DNA of 64,000 nucleotides from the NCBI GenBank assembly GCA_046087245.1, contig JBJTZN010000091.1, positions 2,842 through 66,841 of the forward strand, in the 5' to 3' direction. This DNA is from Rubrivivax sp. Lineage in GTDB: Bacteria > Pseudomonadota > Gammaproteobacteria > Burkholderiales > Burkholderiaceae_C. Made by a program: the position numbers and the translations under genes. Each line of letters opens with the position of its first letter. Positions within the stretch are counted from its first letter, which is position 1. The notes beneath the pieces were generated by a model. It was not told where the DNA came from. It was given only the letters and a program-made list of their open reading frames with translations, and did not search any database. Positions 22,268-33,002 of this stretch are shown piece by piece.

Positions 22268-22912
22268 ATGATCAGAGCGTTGACTGTGTTGCTGGCGCTG
22301 GCCGGCGTGTCCCTGACCGCAGCGGCTCAGGATGCCAAGGCCGGCGAGAAGCTGGCGGCCATGTGCATAGGCTGCCACGGCATCCCCGGCTACCAGGCCA
22401 GCTTTCCCGAGGTGCACCGGGTCCCGATGATTTCCGGCCAGAACGCGAGTTACATCGTCGCCTCTCTGCTGGCCTACCAGAAGGGCGAGCGCAAGCATCC
22501 CACGATGAAGGGCATTGCCTGGTCCCTGACCGAGCAGCAGATGGCTGACCTGGGCGCCTTCTACGAGCAGCACGGCAGAAGCAGCGTCGTCAGCGTCGCG
22601 CAAACTGTCCGGGCGCCCTCTGAACAGGTCAAGGCTTTGCTGGACAAGGGGGCCTGCGCCTCCTGCCACGGCGTGGACTACAACAAGCCTATCAATCCCG
22701 CCTACCCGAAGCTGGCCGGCCAGCACGCGGACTACCTCTACGTGGCGCTGAAGTCCTACAAGACCGAAGGGCTGGCCACGCTGGGTCGCGGCAACGCCAT
22801 CATGGCCGCGCAGGTCAAGGCCTTCAAGCCCAGCGAACTCAAGGCCATGGCCGACTACATCGGCTCGCTGCCGGGCGATCTCAAGACCGTGGCGCAGCCC
22901 AGGTTCCGCTGA
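22268..22912 (+). CDS. dihaem cytochrome c4
   Basis: ATG 22268 in ORF 22166..22912. It has a signal peptide [21 protein letters not shown] and two haem motifs, CIGCH and CASCH. Confidence 0.88.
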   Translation: MIRALTVLLALAGVSLTAAAQDAKAGEKLAAMCIGCHGIPGYQASFPEVHRVPMISGQNASYIVASLLAYQKGERKHPTMKGIAWSLTEQQMADLGAFYEQHGRSSVVSVAQTVRAPSEQVKALLDKGACASCHGVDYNKPINPAYPKLAGQHADYLYVALKSYKTEGLATLGRGNAIMAAQVKAFKPSELKAMADYIGSLPGDLKTVAQPRFR

Positions 22913-25217
22913 CCGGCAGCGCCTTGGGTCGCCAGCGCCGCAGGGTCAGGGCGTTGGTGATCACGCTGACGCTGGACAGCGCCATGGCTGCACCCGCCAG
23001 CACCGGGCTGAGCAGCCCCAGGGCAGCCAACGGCAGGCCCACCACGTTGTAGGCAAAGGCCCAGGAGAGGTTCTGGCGCAGCTTGCGCCGGATGGCCCAG
23101 GACAGCTCCCATGCCTCCACCACCGCGTTCGGGTCGCCCCGCAGCAGGGTCAGACCGGCGGTCTGCATGGCCACATCGGTTCCCGCACCCTGCGCGGCCA
23201 TGGCCAGGCCCACGTCAGCGGCGGCCAGCGCAGGGGCGTCGTTGACCCCGTCGCCCACCATTGCCACGCCTTCTCCCGCCGTCAGTTCGGCCTTCAACTC
23301 GCCCACGACCCGCGCCTTGTCGCCTGGCAGCACCTCGGCGCGCACTTCATCAATGCCCAGCGTGCGTGCCATGGACTGCGCGGCGCCCTGGTTGTCGCCG
23401 CTGAGCATCACCACCCGCAGCCCCTGCGCCCGCAGCCGGGCGATGGCCTGCGCCGCGCCGTCCTTGGCCTGGTCGCCGAAGGTCAGCAGCCCCAGCACCC
23501 GGGCGTGGCCCGCATCTGAAGCCGCCGGCTCGAACAGCCAGGACACCGTCTGGCCCGCTGACGCGGCCTGCGATGCCAGGACCTGCTGCGGTCCGGGGTC
23601 CAGGCCGCATTCCTGCAGCCAGCGCGTGCTGCCCAGGCGCAGTTCGCGGCCGTCCACCTGGGCTTGCACGCCCCGGCCCGCCACGAGCTGCACGGCGCGC
23701 ACCCGGGCGCCTGCGCCAGCACCTGTGCCGGCACTGTCTCCGGCGCTTGCCTCAGCGCTGGATCCGGTGGCCGGCGCCGCCATGGCGGCGGGCGCCTGCG
23801 CGCTGGCGGCGGCCTGCAGCACCGCGCGTGCCAACGGGTGGTCGTTGCCGGCCTGCAAGGCGGCGGCCAGGCGAAGCACTTCGGCGTCGTCCTCCGCCGT
23901 GCCCGCCATCGAGGTACAGGCGATCAGGCGTGGCTGGCCCTGGGTGAGCGTGCCGGTCTTGTCGAAGGCGACGATCCGCACCGTGCGCAGCGTCTCCAGT
24001 GCCTGAGCGTCGCGCACCAGGATGCCATGGCGCGCGGCCAGGCCGGTGCCCACCATCAGCGTGGCCGGCGTGGCCAGGCCCAGGGCGCAGGGGCAGGCGA
24101 TGACCAGCACCGAAACGGCGTTCAGGATGGCGGCCACGGCGTCGCCCTTCAGCATCCACCACGCCAGGCCCGTGACCAGCGCGATGACGATGACTGTGGG
24201 CACGAACACCGCACTGACCTTGTCCACCAGTTGCTGGATGGGCGCCTTGCGGGCCTGGGCCGACTCCACCAGCCGCACGATGCGGGCCAGTTGCGTCTCG
24301 GCCCCGATGGCGGTGGTGCGCACCACGATCAGGCCCTCGAGGTTGAGGGCGCCGCCGGTGACCGGTTGTCCGACCTCCCGTGCCACGGGCAGGCTTTCGC
24401 CCGTGAGCAGCGACTCGTCCAGGTGACTTCGGCCCTCGATGATCAAGCCATCCGTGGGCAGGCGCTCGCCCGGGTGCACCACCACCTCGGAGCCCACGCG
24501 CAGCGCCGACAGCGGCACTTCGGTCTGCACCCCCTGCCGGCGGATGCGGGCGGTCTCGGGGCGCAGCCCGCGCAGCGACTGCAGCGTAGCCAGCGTCTGG
24601 TGCTTGGCGCGGGACTCCATCCACTTGCCGAGCATGACCAGGGTGATGACCACGGCGGCGCTCTCGAAGTACAGGTGCGGCGCATGCCCGGCAGGCGCCT
24701 GCCACCACAGCGCGAGACTCAGGCCGAAGGCCGCGGTGGTGCCGATGGCCACCAGCAGATCCATGTTGCCGGCCCGGGCCTTCACGGCGGCCCAGCCCGC
24801 GCGGTAGAAGCGCGCGCCCAGCCAGAACTGCACGGGTGCGGCCAGCAGGGCCTGCACGCCGGCCGGCCACATCCAATCCCGACCCAGCAGGTCACCCACC
24901 ATGGGCAGCATCAGCGGCAGCGACAGGCCCGCGGCCACGACCACCTTCCAGCCCTCGTCATGGCGGCGGTGCGCCGGCTCGGCCAGCCCATCGGCATCGG
25001 CTTGCACCAGGCTGGCTTCGTAGCCGGCGCGCTGGATGGCCGCCAGCAGCAGCAGGGGATCGGTCTCCCCCTGGGCGCTGACCTGCGCCTGTTCCGTGGC
25101 CAGGTTGACGCTGGCGGACTGCACGCCCGGCACCCGGGCCAGGGCCTTCTCCACCCGCGACACGCAACTGGCGCAGGTCATGCCGTCGATGTTCAGAGTG
25201 TGCTCGGCCATGCGCAT
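22881..25217 (-). CDS. copA: copper-translocating P1B-type ATPase
   Basis: ORF 22881..25217. It has an N-terminal HMA motif GMTCASC, plus CPC (IACPCALG), DKTGTLT and GDGVNDAP. Confidence 0.92.
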   Translation of the reverse strand: MRMAEHTLNIDGMTCASCVSRVEKALARVPGVQSASVNLATEQAQVSAQGETDPLLLLAAIQRAGYEASLVQADADGLAEPAHRRHDEGWKVVVAAGLSLPLMLPMVGDLLGRDWMWPAGVQALLAAPVQFWLGARFYRAGWAAVKARAGNMDLLVAIGTTAAFGLSLALWWQAPAGHAPHLYFESAAVVITLVMLGKWMESRAKHQTLATLQSLRGLRPETARIRRQGVQTEVPLSALRVGSEVVVHPGERLPTDGLIIEGRSHLDESLLTGESLPVAREVGQPVTGGALNLEGLIVVRTTAIGAETQLARIVRLVESAQARKAPIQQLVDKVSAVFVPTVIVIALVTGLAWWMLKGDAVAAILNAVSVLVIACPCALGLATPATLMVGTGLAARHGILVRDAQALETLRTVRIVAFDKTGTLTQGQPRLIACTSMAGTAEDDAEVLRLAAALQAGNDHPLARAVLQAAASAQAPAAMAAPATGSSAEASAGDSAGTGAGAGARVRAVQLVAGRGVQAQVDGRELRLGSTRWLQECGLDPGPQQVLASQAASAGQTVSWLFEPAASDAGHARVLGLLTFGDQAKDGAAQAIARLRAQGLRVVMLSGDNQGAAQSMARTLGIDEVRAEVLPGDKARVVGELKAELTAGEGVAMVGDGVNDAPALAAADVGLAMAAQGAGTDVAMQTAGLTLLRGDPNAVVEAWELSWAIRRKLRQNLSWAFAYNVVGLPLAALGLLSPVLAGAAMALSSVSVITNALTLRRWRPKALPVSGTWAAPRS

Positions 25218-25272
25218 ACTCTAAGCTTGCGCCCGCAATGCCAGCAGCATCCGCCTTGACAAGGAACAAGAC

Positions 25273-25467
25273 ATGACGATCGAATTCACCCTGCCTGACA
25301 TGACCTGCGGCCACTGCGTCCGGACCGTCACCGCCACCGTGCAGCAGGTCGACCCGGCGGCGCAGTTGTCCATCGACCTGCCCACCCGCAAGTTGGTGAT
25401 CGAGTCCGGCCAACCTGCACAGGCTTTCGCTGCGGCCTTGACCGAAGAGGGTTATCCCCCTGACTGA
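25273..25467 (+). CDS. copZ: heavy-metal-associated (HMA) domain copper chaperone
   Basis: ORF 25273..25467 (64 aa) with an MTCGHC motif. It is divergent from copA. Confidence 0.8.
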   Translation: MTIEFTLPDMTCGHCVRTVTATVQQVDPAAQLSIDLPTRKLVIESGQPAQAFAAALTEEGYPPD

Positions 25468-25527
25468 GCGCCTCGCAACTGTGTCATCGTGCGGGGCACC
25501 ATCTCTTGCACCTCGCGGAGCGCGCTC

Positions 25528-27111
25528 ATGAAGACTCTTGTGTGCCTGATGACCCTGGCCGTCAGCCTGGCTGTTCCCTGGGCCGCTTCCGTGCAGGCCC
25601 AGACCCTGCGCTGGGCCAGTCAGGGCGACGCCCAGACCATGGATCCGCACTCGCAGAACGAGGGTCTGACCAACATGATCAACGGTCAGGTCTATGAGTA
25701 CCTCATCCGGCGTGACCGGCAGCTCAGTTTCGTGCCCGCCCTGGCCACCGAGTGGGTGCAGACCGGGCCGTTGACCTGGCGATTCAAACTGCGTCCGGGG
25801 GTCAGGTTCCACGATGGTTCGCCCTTTGCCGCCGAGGATGTGGTCTTCTCGGTGAACCGCGCCAAGGAAACCACCTCCCAGATCAACGTCTATGCCAACG
25901 CGGTGGGCACACCCGTGGCGGTCGACCCGCTGACGGTCGAGTTCCGCATGGACAAGGTCAACCCGGTGTTCCTGCAGCACCTGGGTTCGCTGTGGATCAT
26001 GAGCAAGTCCTGGGCCGAGCGGCACCGGGTGCTCAAGCCCCTGGACTTCAAGAACAAGGAGGAAAGCCACGCCAGCTTCAACACCAACGGCACCGGCCCC
26101 TTCATGCTGGTGAGCCGCCAGCCGGGCATCAGGACCACCTACAAGCGCAACCCCAACTGGTGGGGCCGCTTCGAAGGCAACGTGCAGGAGATCGTCTACA
26201 CCCCCATCAGCAACGACGCCACCCGGCTGGCCGCGCTGGTGTCGGGTGAGATCGATTTCGTGCTCGATCCCGCCCCGCGTGACGTGGCACGCCTGCGCAA
26301 TACCGCCGGGGTCAAGGTGGTCGACGGGCCGGAGAACCGGGTGGTGTTCATCGGCATGGATCAGCACCGCGACGAACTGCTGTACGGCAGCGTCAAGAAC
26401 CGCAACCCGTTCAAGGACGTGCGGGTGCGCCGCGCACTGTTCCACGCCGTGGACATCGAGACCATGAAGACCAAGCTGATGAACGGCCAGAGCGTGCCTA
26501 CGGGCGGCATGACGCCCTCGCCGCTGGCCTACTTCAACGATCCGGAGATCGACCGGCGTGCACCCTTCGATCTGGCGCTGGCGCGCCGCCTCATGGCCGA
26601 GGCCGGCTACCCGGACGGCTTCGAAGTCACGCTGGACTGCCCCAACAACCGCTACGTCAATGACGAGGAGATCTGCATCGCGCTGGCCGGCATGTGGGCG
26701 CAGATCAAGGTCCGGATCAAGGTCAATGCCATGCCTCGGGCCACCTACTTTCCCAAGCTCGAGAAGCACGACACCAGCCTGTACATGCTGGGCTGGGGTG
26801 GCGCGGTCACCGATGCCGAGACCACCTTGACCCCCGTCATGCGCAACCTGGGCGACAAGGGCGTGGGCCTGTACAACTACGGCCGCTCACGCAACGACCG
26901 CTTCGACGCGCTGGCCGCGCAGTCCAGCGTGGAGGCCGACCCGAAGAAGCGCGAGGAACTCATCAAGGCCGCGCTGCGCGAGTGGAAGGACCAGGTCCAC
27001 ACCATCCCGCTGCACCGTCAGGTCATTCCCTGGGCGGCACGCAGCAACGTGACGGTGGTGCACCGCGCCGACAACTGGCTGGAGGTGCCCTGGGTCACGG
27101 TCGCGAAGTAG
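25528..27111 (+). CDS. ABC transporter substrate-binding protein, family 5 (peptide/nickel type), orphan
   Basis: ATG 25528 in ORF 25489..27111. It has a signal peptide MKTLVCLMTLAVSLAVPWAASVQA and an SBP_bac_5-like body. No cognate permease or ATPase is adjacent. Confidence 0.85.
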   Translation: MKTLVCLMTLAVSLAVPWAASVQAQTLRWASQGDAQTMDPHSQNEGLTNMINGQVYEYLIRRDRQLSFVPALATEWVQTGPLTWRFKLRPGVRFHDGSPFAAEDVVFSVNRAKETTSQINVYANAVGTPVAVDPLTVEFRMDKVNPVFLQHLGSLWIMSKSWAERHRVLKPLDFKNKEESHASFNTNGTGPFMLVSRQPGIRTTYKRNPNWWGRFEGNVQEIVYTPISNDATRLAALVSGEIDFVLDPAPRDVARLRNTAGVKVVDGPENRVVFIGMDQHRDELLYGSVKNRNPFKDVRVRRALFHAVDIETMKTKLMNGQSVPTGGMTPSPLAYFNDPEIDRRAPFDLALARRLMAEAGYPDGFEVTLDCPNNRYVNDEEICIALAGMWAQIKVRIKVNAMPRATYFPKLEKHDTSLYMLGWGGAVTDAETTLTPVMRNLGDKGVGLYNYGRSRNDRFDALAAQSSVEADPKKREELIKAALREWKDQVHTIPLHRQVIPWAARSNVTVVHRADNWLEVPWVTVAK

Positions 27112-27532
27112 CGCGGCGCCGCACGGCCTCCAGGTAGGCCACGCCGTCGGGGGGCAGTCCGCTGCGCTGCGAGGCCCAGACCATCTCCCCCAGGCACTCC
27201 ATCACCTGGTGGTGCGCCTCGTGCAGCGAGCCCAGGCGGCGGGCCAGCAGGTCGACGGCCTGGCGGATGCCTCCGGGCTGGTCGATGGACACCTGCTCGG
27301 CGATGCTCAGGTGCATGCTCAGGTGCAGGAAAGGGTTGGCCCGGCCGTCCTCTACGGTGTAGGTGGCCGCCAGAGCGGCCTCCACGTCGCGCAGCTCGGC
27401 GGCGTACTCGGGGTGATCGGCCACCCACGGGGCGGCCTGGGACTCCATCGCGTCCAGCGGCAGGCCTGCGGTGTGCTTGCGCCACACCTCGCAGAAGAAG
27501 CGTCGCACGTCGTGCTGGGATGGCTGGTACAC
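27095..27532 (-). CDS. DUF1841 family protein
   Basis: This is the C-terminal part of ORF 27095..27988. From an in-frame GTG at 27532 the sequence reads MYQPSQHDVRRFFCEVWRKHTAGLPLDAMESQ..., which matches my memory of DUF1841 N-termini. An alternative GTG lies at 27547. The upstream part of the ORF is W/R/S/C-rich junk. Confidence 0.65.
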   Translation of the reverse strand: MYQPSQHDVRRFFCEVWRKHTAGLPLDAMESQAAPWVADHPEYAAELRDVEAALAATYTVEDGRANPFLHLSMHLSIAEQVSIDQPGGIRQAVDLLARRLGSLHEAHHQVMECLGEMVWASQRSGLPPDGVAYLEAVRRRATSRP

Positions 27533-27972
27533 ATCGGGATTGTCCACGCACGGCAGCGTCCCATCTTCGGCCCGGTGCGGTGCCGCGTACGGCCGGCCTG
27601 AGCCTGCCCTCGTCCGGTGGCGACCCCAGGAACGCCATCGGCTCATCGCCAGGTGCCTGCATCGCCACGTCGAGGGCTTCCTGGTCGGTCTTGAACTGAT
27701 CTTGCGGCACATCCCCCGCACCCACCGGTCTGGCGGACCACGCGGATGGGGCGTCACGGCTTCGACCCTGCGCGAGCAGGCCGCGGACCCGTCGATGCAC
27801 GAAGATCTGGTGGTCCGGCTCCAGGCCCGAAACGCCATGCCGGCCCAGCTGGCCGTGTTCCAGGCCGGCACCCGCGCCCAGGGCTCCTTGCTGGACGTGT
27901 TTGCCTGACTTTGCGGCAGCGGGGTGCGGCGCAGGGCCGACCGCTGACGCCGGCCTCCCATAATCCAGCCGC

Positions 27973-28671
27973 ATGAAGACCGCCTCATCCCACTTGCTGC
28001 GCACCTTCGTCACCGGCGCGTTGGCGGCGCTGCCGCTGGCCGCCACGGTGTTCGTGTTCTGGTGGGCGGTGAGCCTGCTGTGGCGCTGGCTGGGCCCGGG
28101 CAGCGCGGTGGGTTCGGTGCTGGGCGGCATCGGCCTGGGCGTGACCGGCTCCGAACTCGTGGGCTACCTGATCGGCCTGGGCATCGTGGCGCTGGCCATC
28201 TTGCTGCTGGGCGTGCTGATCGAACGCGCCATCGGCCGCAGCATGGCGCGGCTGGTGGACCGGCTGCTGCGCCGCATTCCGCTGGTGCGCACGGTGTGGG
28301 ATCTGGCGCAGCGCATGGTGGGCCTGCTGCAGCAGAACCCCGCTGGCGGCGCCGAGGGCGGTGCGCGTTCGCTCACGCCGGTGTGGTGCCACTTCGGCGG
28401 GCCGGGCGGCGCGTCGGTTCTCGGGCTGCTGTCGAGTTCCGAGCCCGTGGACGTGGCCGGCCGGGCCTGCCTGGCGGTGCTGGTGCCCACGGCGCCCGTG
28501 CCCATTGGCGGCGGCCTGCTGTTCGTGCCGCAGGAGTGGGTGAGCCCGGCCGAGGTGGGCGCCGAGGCGCTGACCAGCATCTATGTCTCGATGGGGGTGA
28601 CGGCGGCGCAGCACCTGCCGATGCCGGCCCCGGCCCCGGCTCCCGCACCGCCTCGGCCCGACGCTGCCTGA
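27973..28671 (+). CDS. DUF502 domain membrane protein
   Basis: ORF 27973..28671. It has two N-terminal TM helices (FVTGALAALPLAATVFVFWW; LIGLGIVALAILLLGVL) followed by RLLRRIPLVRTVW, typical of DUF502. Confidence 0.75.
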   Translation: MKTASSHLLRTFVTGALAALPLAATVFVFWWAVSLLWRWLGPGSAVGSVLGGIGLGVTGSELVGYLIGLGIVALAILLLGVLIERAIGRSMARLVDRLLRRIPLVRTVWDLAQRMVGLLQQNPAGGAEGGARSLTPVWCHFGGPGGASVLGLLSSSEPVDVAGRACLAVLVPTAPVPIGGGLLFVPQEWVSPAEVGAEALTSIYVSMGVTAAQHLPMPAPAPAPAPPRPDAA

Positions 28672-28677
28672 GCTCCG

Positions 28678-31452
28678 TCAGGAGATGCTTGGCAGGGCCT
28701 CCAAGGCCAGCACCACCCGGGTCGTGTCGGGTTCTTGCGCGTCGGGATCGACCTCAAAGCCCAGGTGCCGGGCCAGCTCCAGCATGCGCTCGTTTTCCTT
28801 GAGCACGTCGCCCACCAGGCGGCGGGTGCCGCGGCTGCGGAAGTGGGTGATGAGCTTGCGCATCAGCAGCTCGCCCAGGCCGCCGCCCTTGAGGTCGGAG
28901 CGCACGACGATGGCGAATTCGGCCTGCTCGTTGTCGGGGTCGGCCACGGCGCGGGCCACGCCCAGGGTTTCCTCCCGGCCCGCCGCGTCCGCGGCGGTGG
29001 CGATGAAGGCCATCTCGCGCTCGTAGTCGATCTGTGTCAGCCGCGCCATCTCGGCGGGGCCGATGCGGCGCCGGCTGTAGAAGAAGCGCAGGCGCATGTC
29101 CAGCGGGTCCAGGCGCTCGACGAAAGCGGCGTGCTGGGGTTCGTCCTCGGGCCGGATGGGGCGCAGCACCAGCGTCCGCCCCTGCCAGGCCACGGTCTCC
29201 ACCAGTTCCTGCGGGTAGGGCCGGATGGCAAAGCGCTGCGCGCCTCCGGGGGCCGTGGCGCTGACCCGCACCCGGGCGTCCAGTGCCAGGGCCCCCTGGG
29301 CGTCGCACAGCAGCGGGTTGATGTCGATCTCGGCGATGCGCGGCTCGCGCGCCAGCAGCTCGGAGACGGCCAGCAAGGTGCCCACCACGGCGTCGATGTC
29401 GGCGGGCGGCACATCGCGCCAGCCGTGCAGCAGCCGGGCCACGCGCGTGCGCTCGATCAGCGCGCGGGCCAGCGCGGCGTTCAGCGGTGGCAAGGCCACG
29501 GCCCGGTCGGCCAGCACCTCCACGGCGGTGCCGCCCTGGCCGAACAGCAGGACCGGGCCGAACTGGGGGTCGATGCTGCTGCCGATGATGAGCTCCAGCG
29601 CGCGCGGGCGGCGCACCATGGGCTGGACGGTGAAGCCCTCGATGACGGCGTCGGGCCGCCGTTGTGCAGCGCGCGCCAGGATGGCCTGGGCCGCGGCGGC
29701 CACCTCCTGCTCGGACTCTAGATTCAGCGTGACGCCGCCCACGTCGCTCTTGTGCGAGATCTGGGCCGACAGCACCTTCAGCACCACGGGAAAGCCCAGC
29801 GTGCGCGCGGCCTGCACGGCGGCCTGAGCTGTGGGCCCGGCGATGGTGGTGGCGACCACGGACACGCCGGCTGCGGCCAGCAGCGCCTTGGCCTCGGGCT
29901 CGGTGAGCATCTCGCGGCCTTCGGCCAGGGCGCGGTCGATGATGGTGCAGGGCGTGGCGGGGGCTGTGTGTGCGGCGTGTCCAGCGGGTGCGTCGGGCAC
30001 CCCAGGCGCATTTACGACGGCTTGTCGAAGAGGCGGGTGCAGCGGCGGCGTCTGCATCAGCTCGAACTGGTTGCGCCGGTAGGTGGCCAGCATGGAAAAG
30101 GCGCGCACCGCGTTCTCCGGCGTGTCATGGCAGGCGATGCCGGCGGCGTCGAAGATCTCGCGCGCCTGCTGCACCGCCTGTGCGCCCAGCCAGCAGGCCT
30201 GCAGCCGGCCGGGTGCTGCGCGCAGCTGCGGCCCGAGTCCGGCCACCAGGGCGCGGGCGATGTCGGCACTGGGCACGATGGCGGTGGGGGCGTGCATGAA
30301 GAGCACGGTGCCGCTGCCCGGCGCCTGCAGCAGGGTGCGCAGGGTGTGGACGTAGCGCGCCACGGGGGCGTCGCCGATGATGTCCACGGGGTTGGCGCGC
30401 GACCAGTTCGGTGGCAGGCCGGGCTCCAGCGCCGCCTGCAGGGCAGGCGTCAGCGGCGCCAGCGCCACGCCTTCGCGGGCGCAGGCATCGGCGGCCAGCA
30501 CGCCGGCCCCGCCGCCGTTGGTCACCAGCATCAGGGCGTCGGCGGCGGGCGCCTGCAGGGCCGCGTCGCTGACGATGGGGCCCTTGAAGTGCGACAGGGT
30601 CTCGGCGGCGTCGAACAGGTCTTGCAGCGTGTCCACGCGCAGCATGCCGGCGCGGCGGATGGCGGCGTCCAGCACCAAGTCGGAGGCGGCCAGCGCGCCC
30701 GTGTGCGAGGCTGCGGCCGCCTGTCCCTGGGCCGAGCGCCCGGCCTTGACGATCAGCACCGGCTTGTTACGCGCGGCGGCGCGCGCGGCCGACATGAACT
30801 TGCGCGCGCCCTCCACCGATTCCGCGTACAGCAGGATGGCGCGCGTGTGCGGGCATCCAGCCAGCCAGTCCAGCAGGTCACCGAAGTCCACGTCGGCGTG
30901 CTCACCCAGCGAGATGCAGTGCGAAAACCCGATGCCGCGCCCGGCCGCCCAGTCCAGCATGGCCGTGACGAGCGCGCCCGATTGCGACACGAAGGCCAGG
31001 GCGCCGGGGCGGGCGTCCACGTGCGCGAAGCTGGCGTTCAGGCCGATGTGCGGCGCCAGCAAGCCCAGGCAGTTGGGCCCCAGGATGCGCAGCAGGTGGC
31101 GCCCGGCGGCCTGGAGCATGGCCTCCTTGGTGGCCGCGTCCAGGCCGGCGGTCAACGCCACCGCGGCCCGCGTGCCGCGCTGGCCCAGCGCATCGATGAG
31201 GCCCGGCACGCTGGCTGGTGGGGTGCAGATCACGGCCAGGTCCGGCGCCTGGGGCAGCGAAGCCACGTCCGGGAAGCAGGCGTCATCCCCCAGGCGCTCG
31301 CGCTTCGGGTTCACCGGCCAGCGCGGGCCCGTGAAGGGCGCTTGCCGGATGTTGCGCCAGACGGTCGCCCCCACGCTGCCGGGGCGGTCGGAGGCGCCGA
31401 AGACGGCCACGCTGCGGGGCGTGAGAAGCTGGTCGAGATGACGGATGGTCAT
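28678..31452 (-). CDS. Pat/YfiQ-type protein acetyltransferase (ADP-forming acyl-CoA synthetase-like domains fused to C-terminal GNAT)
   Basis: ORF 28678..31452 (924 aa). It has a CoA-binding N-terminus (SVAVFGASDRPGSVG), succinyl-CoA-ligase-like and ATP-grasp regions, and a C-terminal GNAT (RSDLKGGGLGELLMRKLI). Confidence 0.88.
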   Translation of the reverse strand: MTIRHLDQLLTPRSVAVFGASDRPGSVGATVWRNIRQAPFTGPRWPVNPKRERLGDDACFPDVASLPQAPDLAVICTPPASVPGLIDALGQRGTRAAVALTAGLDAATKEAMLQAAGRHLLRILGPNCLGLLAPHIGLNASFAHVDARPGALAFVSQSGALVTAMLDWAAGRGIGFSHCISLGEHADVDFGDLLDWLAGCPHTRAILLYAESVEGARKFMSAARAAARNKPVLIVKAGRSAQGQAAAASHTGALAASDLVLDAAIRRAGMLRVDTLQDLFDAAETLSHFKGPIVSDAALQAPAADALMLVTNGGGAGVLAADACAREGVALAPLTPALQAALEPGLPPNWSRANPVDIIGDAPVARYVHTLRTLLQAPGSGTVLFMHAPTAIVPSADIARALVAGLGPQLRAAPGRLQACWLGAQAVQQAREIFDAAGIACHDTPENAVRAFSMLATYRRNQFELMQTPPLHPPLRQAVVNAPGVPDAPAGHAAHTAPATPCTIIDRALAEGREMLTEPEAKALLAAAGVSVVATTIAGPTAQAAVQAARTLGFPVVLKVLSAQISHKSDVGGVTLNLESEQEVAAAAQAILARAAQRRPDAVIEGFTVQPMVRRPRALELIIGSSIDPQFGPVLLFGQGGTAVEVLADRAVALPPLNAALARALIERTRVARLLHGWRDVPPADIDAVVGTLLAVSELLAREPRIAEIDINPLLCDAQGALALDARVRVSATAPGGAQRFAIRPYPQELVETVAWQGRTLVLRPIRPEDEPQHAAFVERLDPLDMRLRFFYSRRRIGPAEMARLTQIDYEREMAFIATAADAAGREETLGVARAVADPDNEQAEFAIVVRSDLKGGGLGELLMRKLITHFRSRGTRRLVGDVLKENERMLELARHLGFEVDPDAQEPDTTRVVLALEALPSIS

Positions 31453-31514
31453 GGGCTTGGGGCGCGGTTCGTCGTGAGGCTGAGACAGGGCAGGGCCGCC
31501 AGGGCGCGGCGCTG

Positions 31515-31553
31515 GAGTGTGCCGCCCGAGTGTGCGGCTTGAGTGTGCCTTTG
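31515..31553. repeat. three direct repeats of GAGTGTGC at 13-bp spacing in the pat / glgC divergent intergenic region
   Basis: The sequence reads gagtgtgccgccc gagtgtgcggctt gagtgtgcctttg directly (starts at 31515, 31528 and 31541). Confidence 0.85.
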
Positions 31554-31651
31554 CACGGCTTCACGAAGATGACGAGGGGCTGTCTTGCGCCTGGGCAATC
31601 CGGGCCCGTGCGCAGCCGCTACGGTGTGGGCTTCGCGCGCCCAGTCCATCG

Positions 31652-32959
31652 ATGCCCCATCTGCCCCGCAACCACCTGACCCAGCGCACCTATGCCATGG
31701 TGCTGGCCGGTGGCCGCGGCAGCCGCCTGCAGCACCTGACGCAGGGGCGGGCCAAGCCGGCGGTGCCTTTTGCGGGGCAGCTGAAGATCATCGACTTCAC
31801 GCTCAGCAACTGCGTGAACGCCGGCATCCGACGCATCGGCGTGCTCACGCAGTACAAGGCCCAGAGCCTGATCCGGCACATCGAGCGGGGCTGGAGCTTT
31901 CTGTCGCATTCCCTGGGCGAGTTCATCGACATCGCGCCGGCCCAGCAGCGCCACGGCGAGGGCTGGTACGACGGCACCGCGGACGCCGTGTGGCAGAACC
32001 AGGGCCTGATCCGCGAGGCGCGCCCGGACCACGTGCTGGTGCTGGGCGGCGACCATGTCTACAAGATGGACTACTCGTTGATGCTGCAGGAGCACGTGGA
32101 CCGCCGCGCCGAGCTGACCGTGGCCTGCATCGAGGTGCCGCTGGACGAGGCCTGCGCGCTGGGCGTGATGGCGGTGGACAAGGACGAACGCATCGTGGCC
32201 TTCGAGGAGAAGCCCGCCTGCCCCACGCCGCTGCCCTCGCGCCCCGGGGTGGCTTTGGCCAGCATGGGCGTGTACGTCTTCAATGCCGACGTGCTGTTTG
32301 CCGAGCTGGCGCGCGACGCGGCCGACCTCGCGTCCACCCATGATTTCGGGCACGACCTGATCCCGCACCTGATCGGGCAACGTCGCGTGTACGCCCACCG
32401 CTTCGCGCGCAGTTGCATCAACTCGGTAGACGGGCGGCCCTACTGGCGCGATGTGGGCACGGTGGACGCCTATTGGGAGGCCAACATGGACCTCACGCGT
32501 GTGCTGCCGGAGCTGAACCTCTACGACGACACCTGGCCCATCCTGAGCCAGATTCCGCAACTGCCGCCGGCCAAGTTCGTGTTCGACGAGGACGGCGGAC
32601 GCCGCGGCTACGCGGTGGACTCGCTGGTGGCCAGCGGCTGCATCGTCAGCGGCGCGGTGGTGCGGCGCTCGGTGCTGTTCTGCAAGGCGCGGGTGGACGA
32701 GGGCAGCGTGGTGGAGGATTCGCTGGTGTTGCCCGACACCCGCGTCGGCCGCGGCGTCACCCTGCGCCGCGCCATCGTGGACAAGCGCTGCCGCCTGCCC
32801 GATGGCTTCACGGCGGGTGTGGACCGGGCGGCCGACCTGGCGCGCGGTTTTCACGTCAGCCCGTCGGGCATCACCCTGGTGACGCAGGAGATGCTGGAAA
32901 GCGGGCTGGCCCAGGAGGGCGCCGGGGCCCCCGCAGGCCTCTGCGCAGCCCTCCCGTAG
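31652..32959 (+). CDS. glgC: glucose-1-phosphate adenylyltransferase
   Basis: ATG 31652 in ORF 31517..32959. It reads [28 protein letters not shown] with a left-handed beta-helix C-terminus. Confidence 0.93.
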   Translation: MPHLPRNHLTQRTYAMVLAGGRGSRLQHLTQGRAKPAVPFAGQLKIIDFTLSNCVNAGIRRIGVLTQYKAQSLIRHIERGWSFLSHSLGEFIDIAPAQQRHGEGWYDGTADAVWQNQGLIREARPDHVLVLGGDHVYKMDYSLMLQEHVDRRAELTVACIEVPLDEACALGVMAVDKDERIVAFEEKPACPTPLPSRPGVALASMGVYVFNADVLFAELARDAADLASTHDFGHDLIPHLIGQRRVYAHRFARSCINSVDGRPYWRDVGTVDAYWEANMDLTRVLPELNLYDDTWPILSQIPQLPPAKFVFDEDGGRRGYAVDSLVASGCIVSGAVVRRSVLFCKARVDEGSVVEDSLVLPDTRVGRGVTLRRAIVDKRCRLPDGFTAGVDRAADLARGFHVSPSGITLVTQEMLESGLAQEGAGAPAGLCAALP

Positions 32960-33002
32960 CGCACAGGCCGCACCCGAGACACCGCCCAGGCATCATGCGG
33001 CC

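Noticed and set aside
25218-25272. Possible CueR/MerR-type operator in the copA-copZ divergent spacer (ccttg-a-caagg)
   Set aside because: It is only a 5-bp-arm palindrome. I could not place it between credible -35 and -10 boxes with the 19-20-bp spacing expected for MerR-type promoters. No MerR-family regulator gene is nearby.
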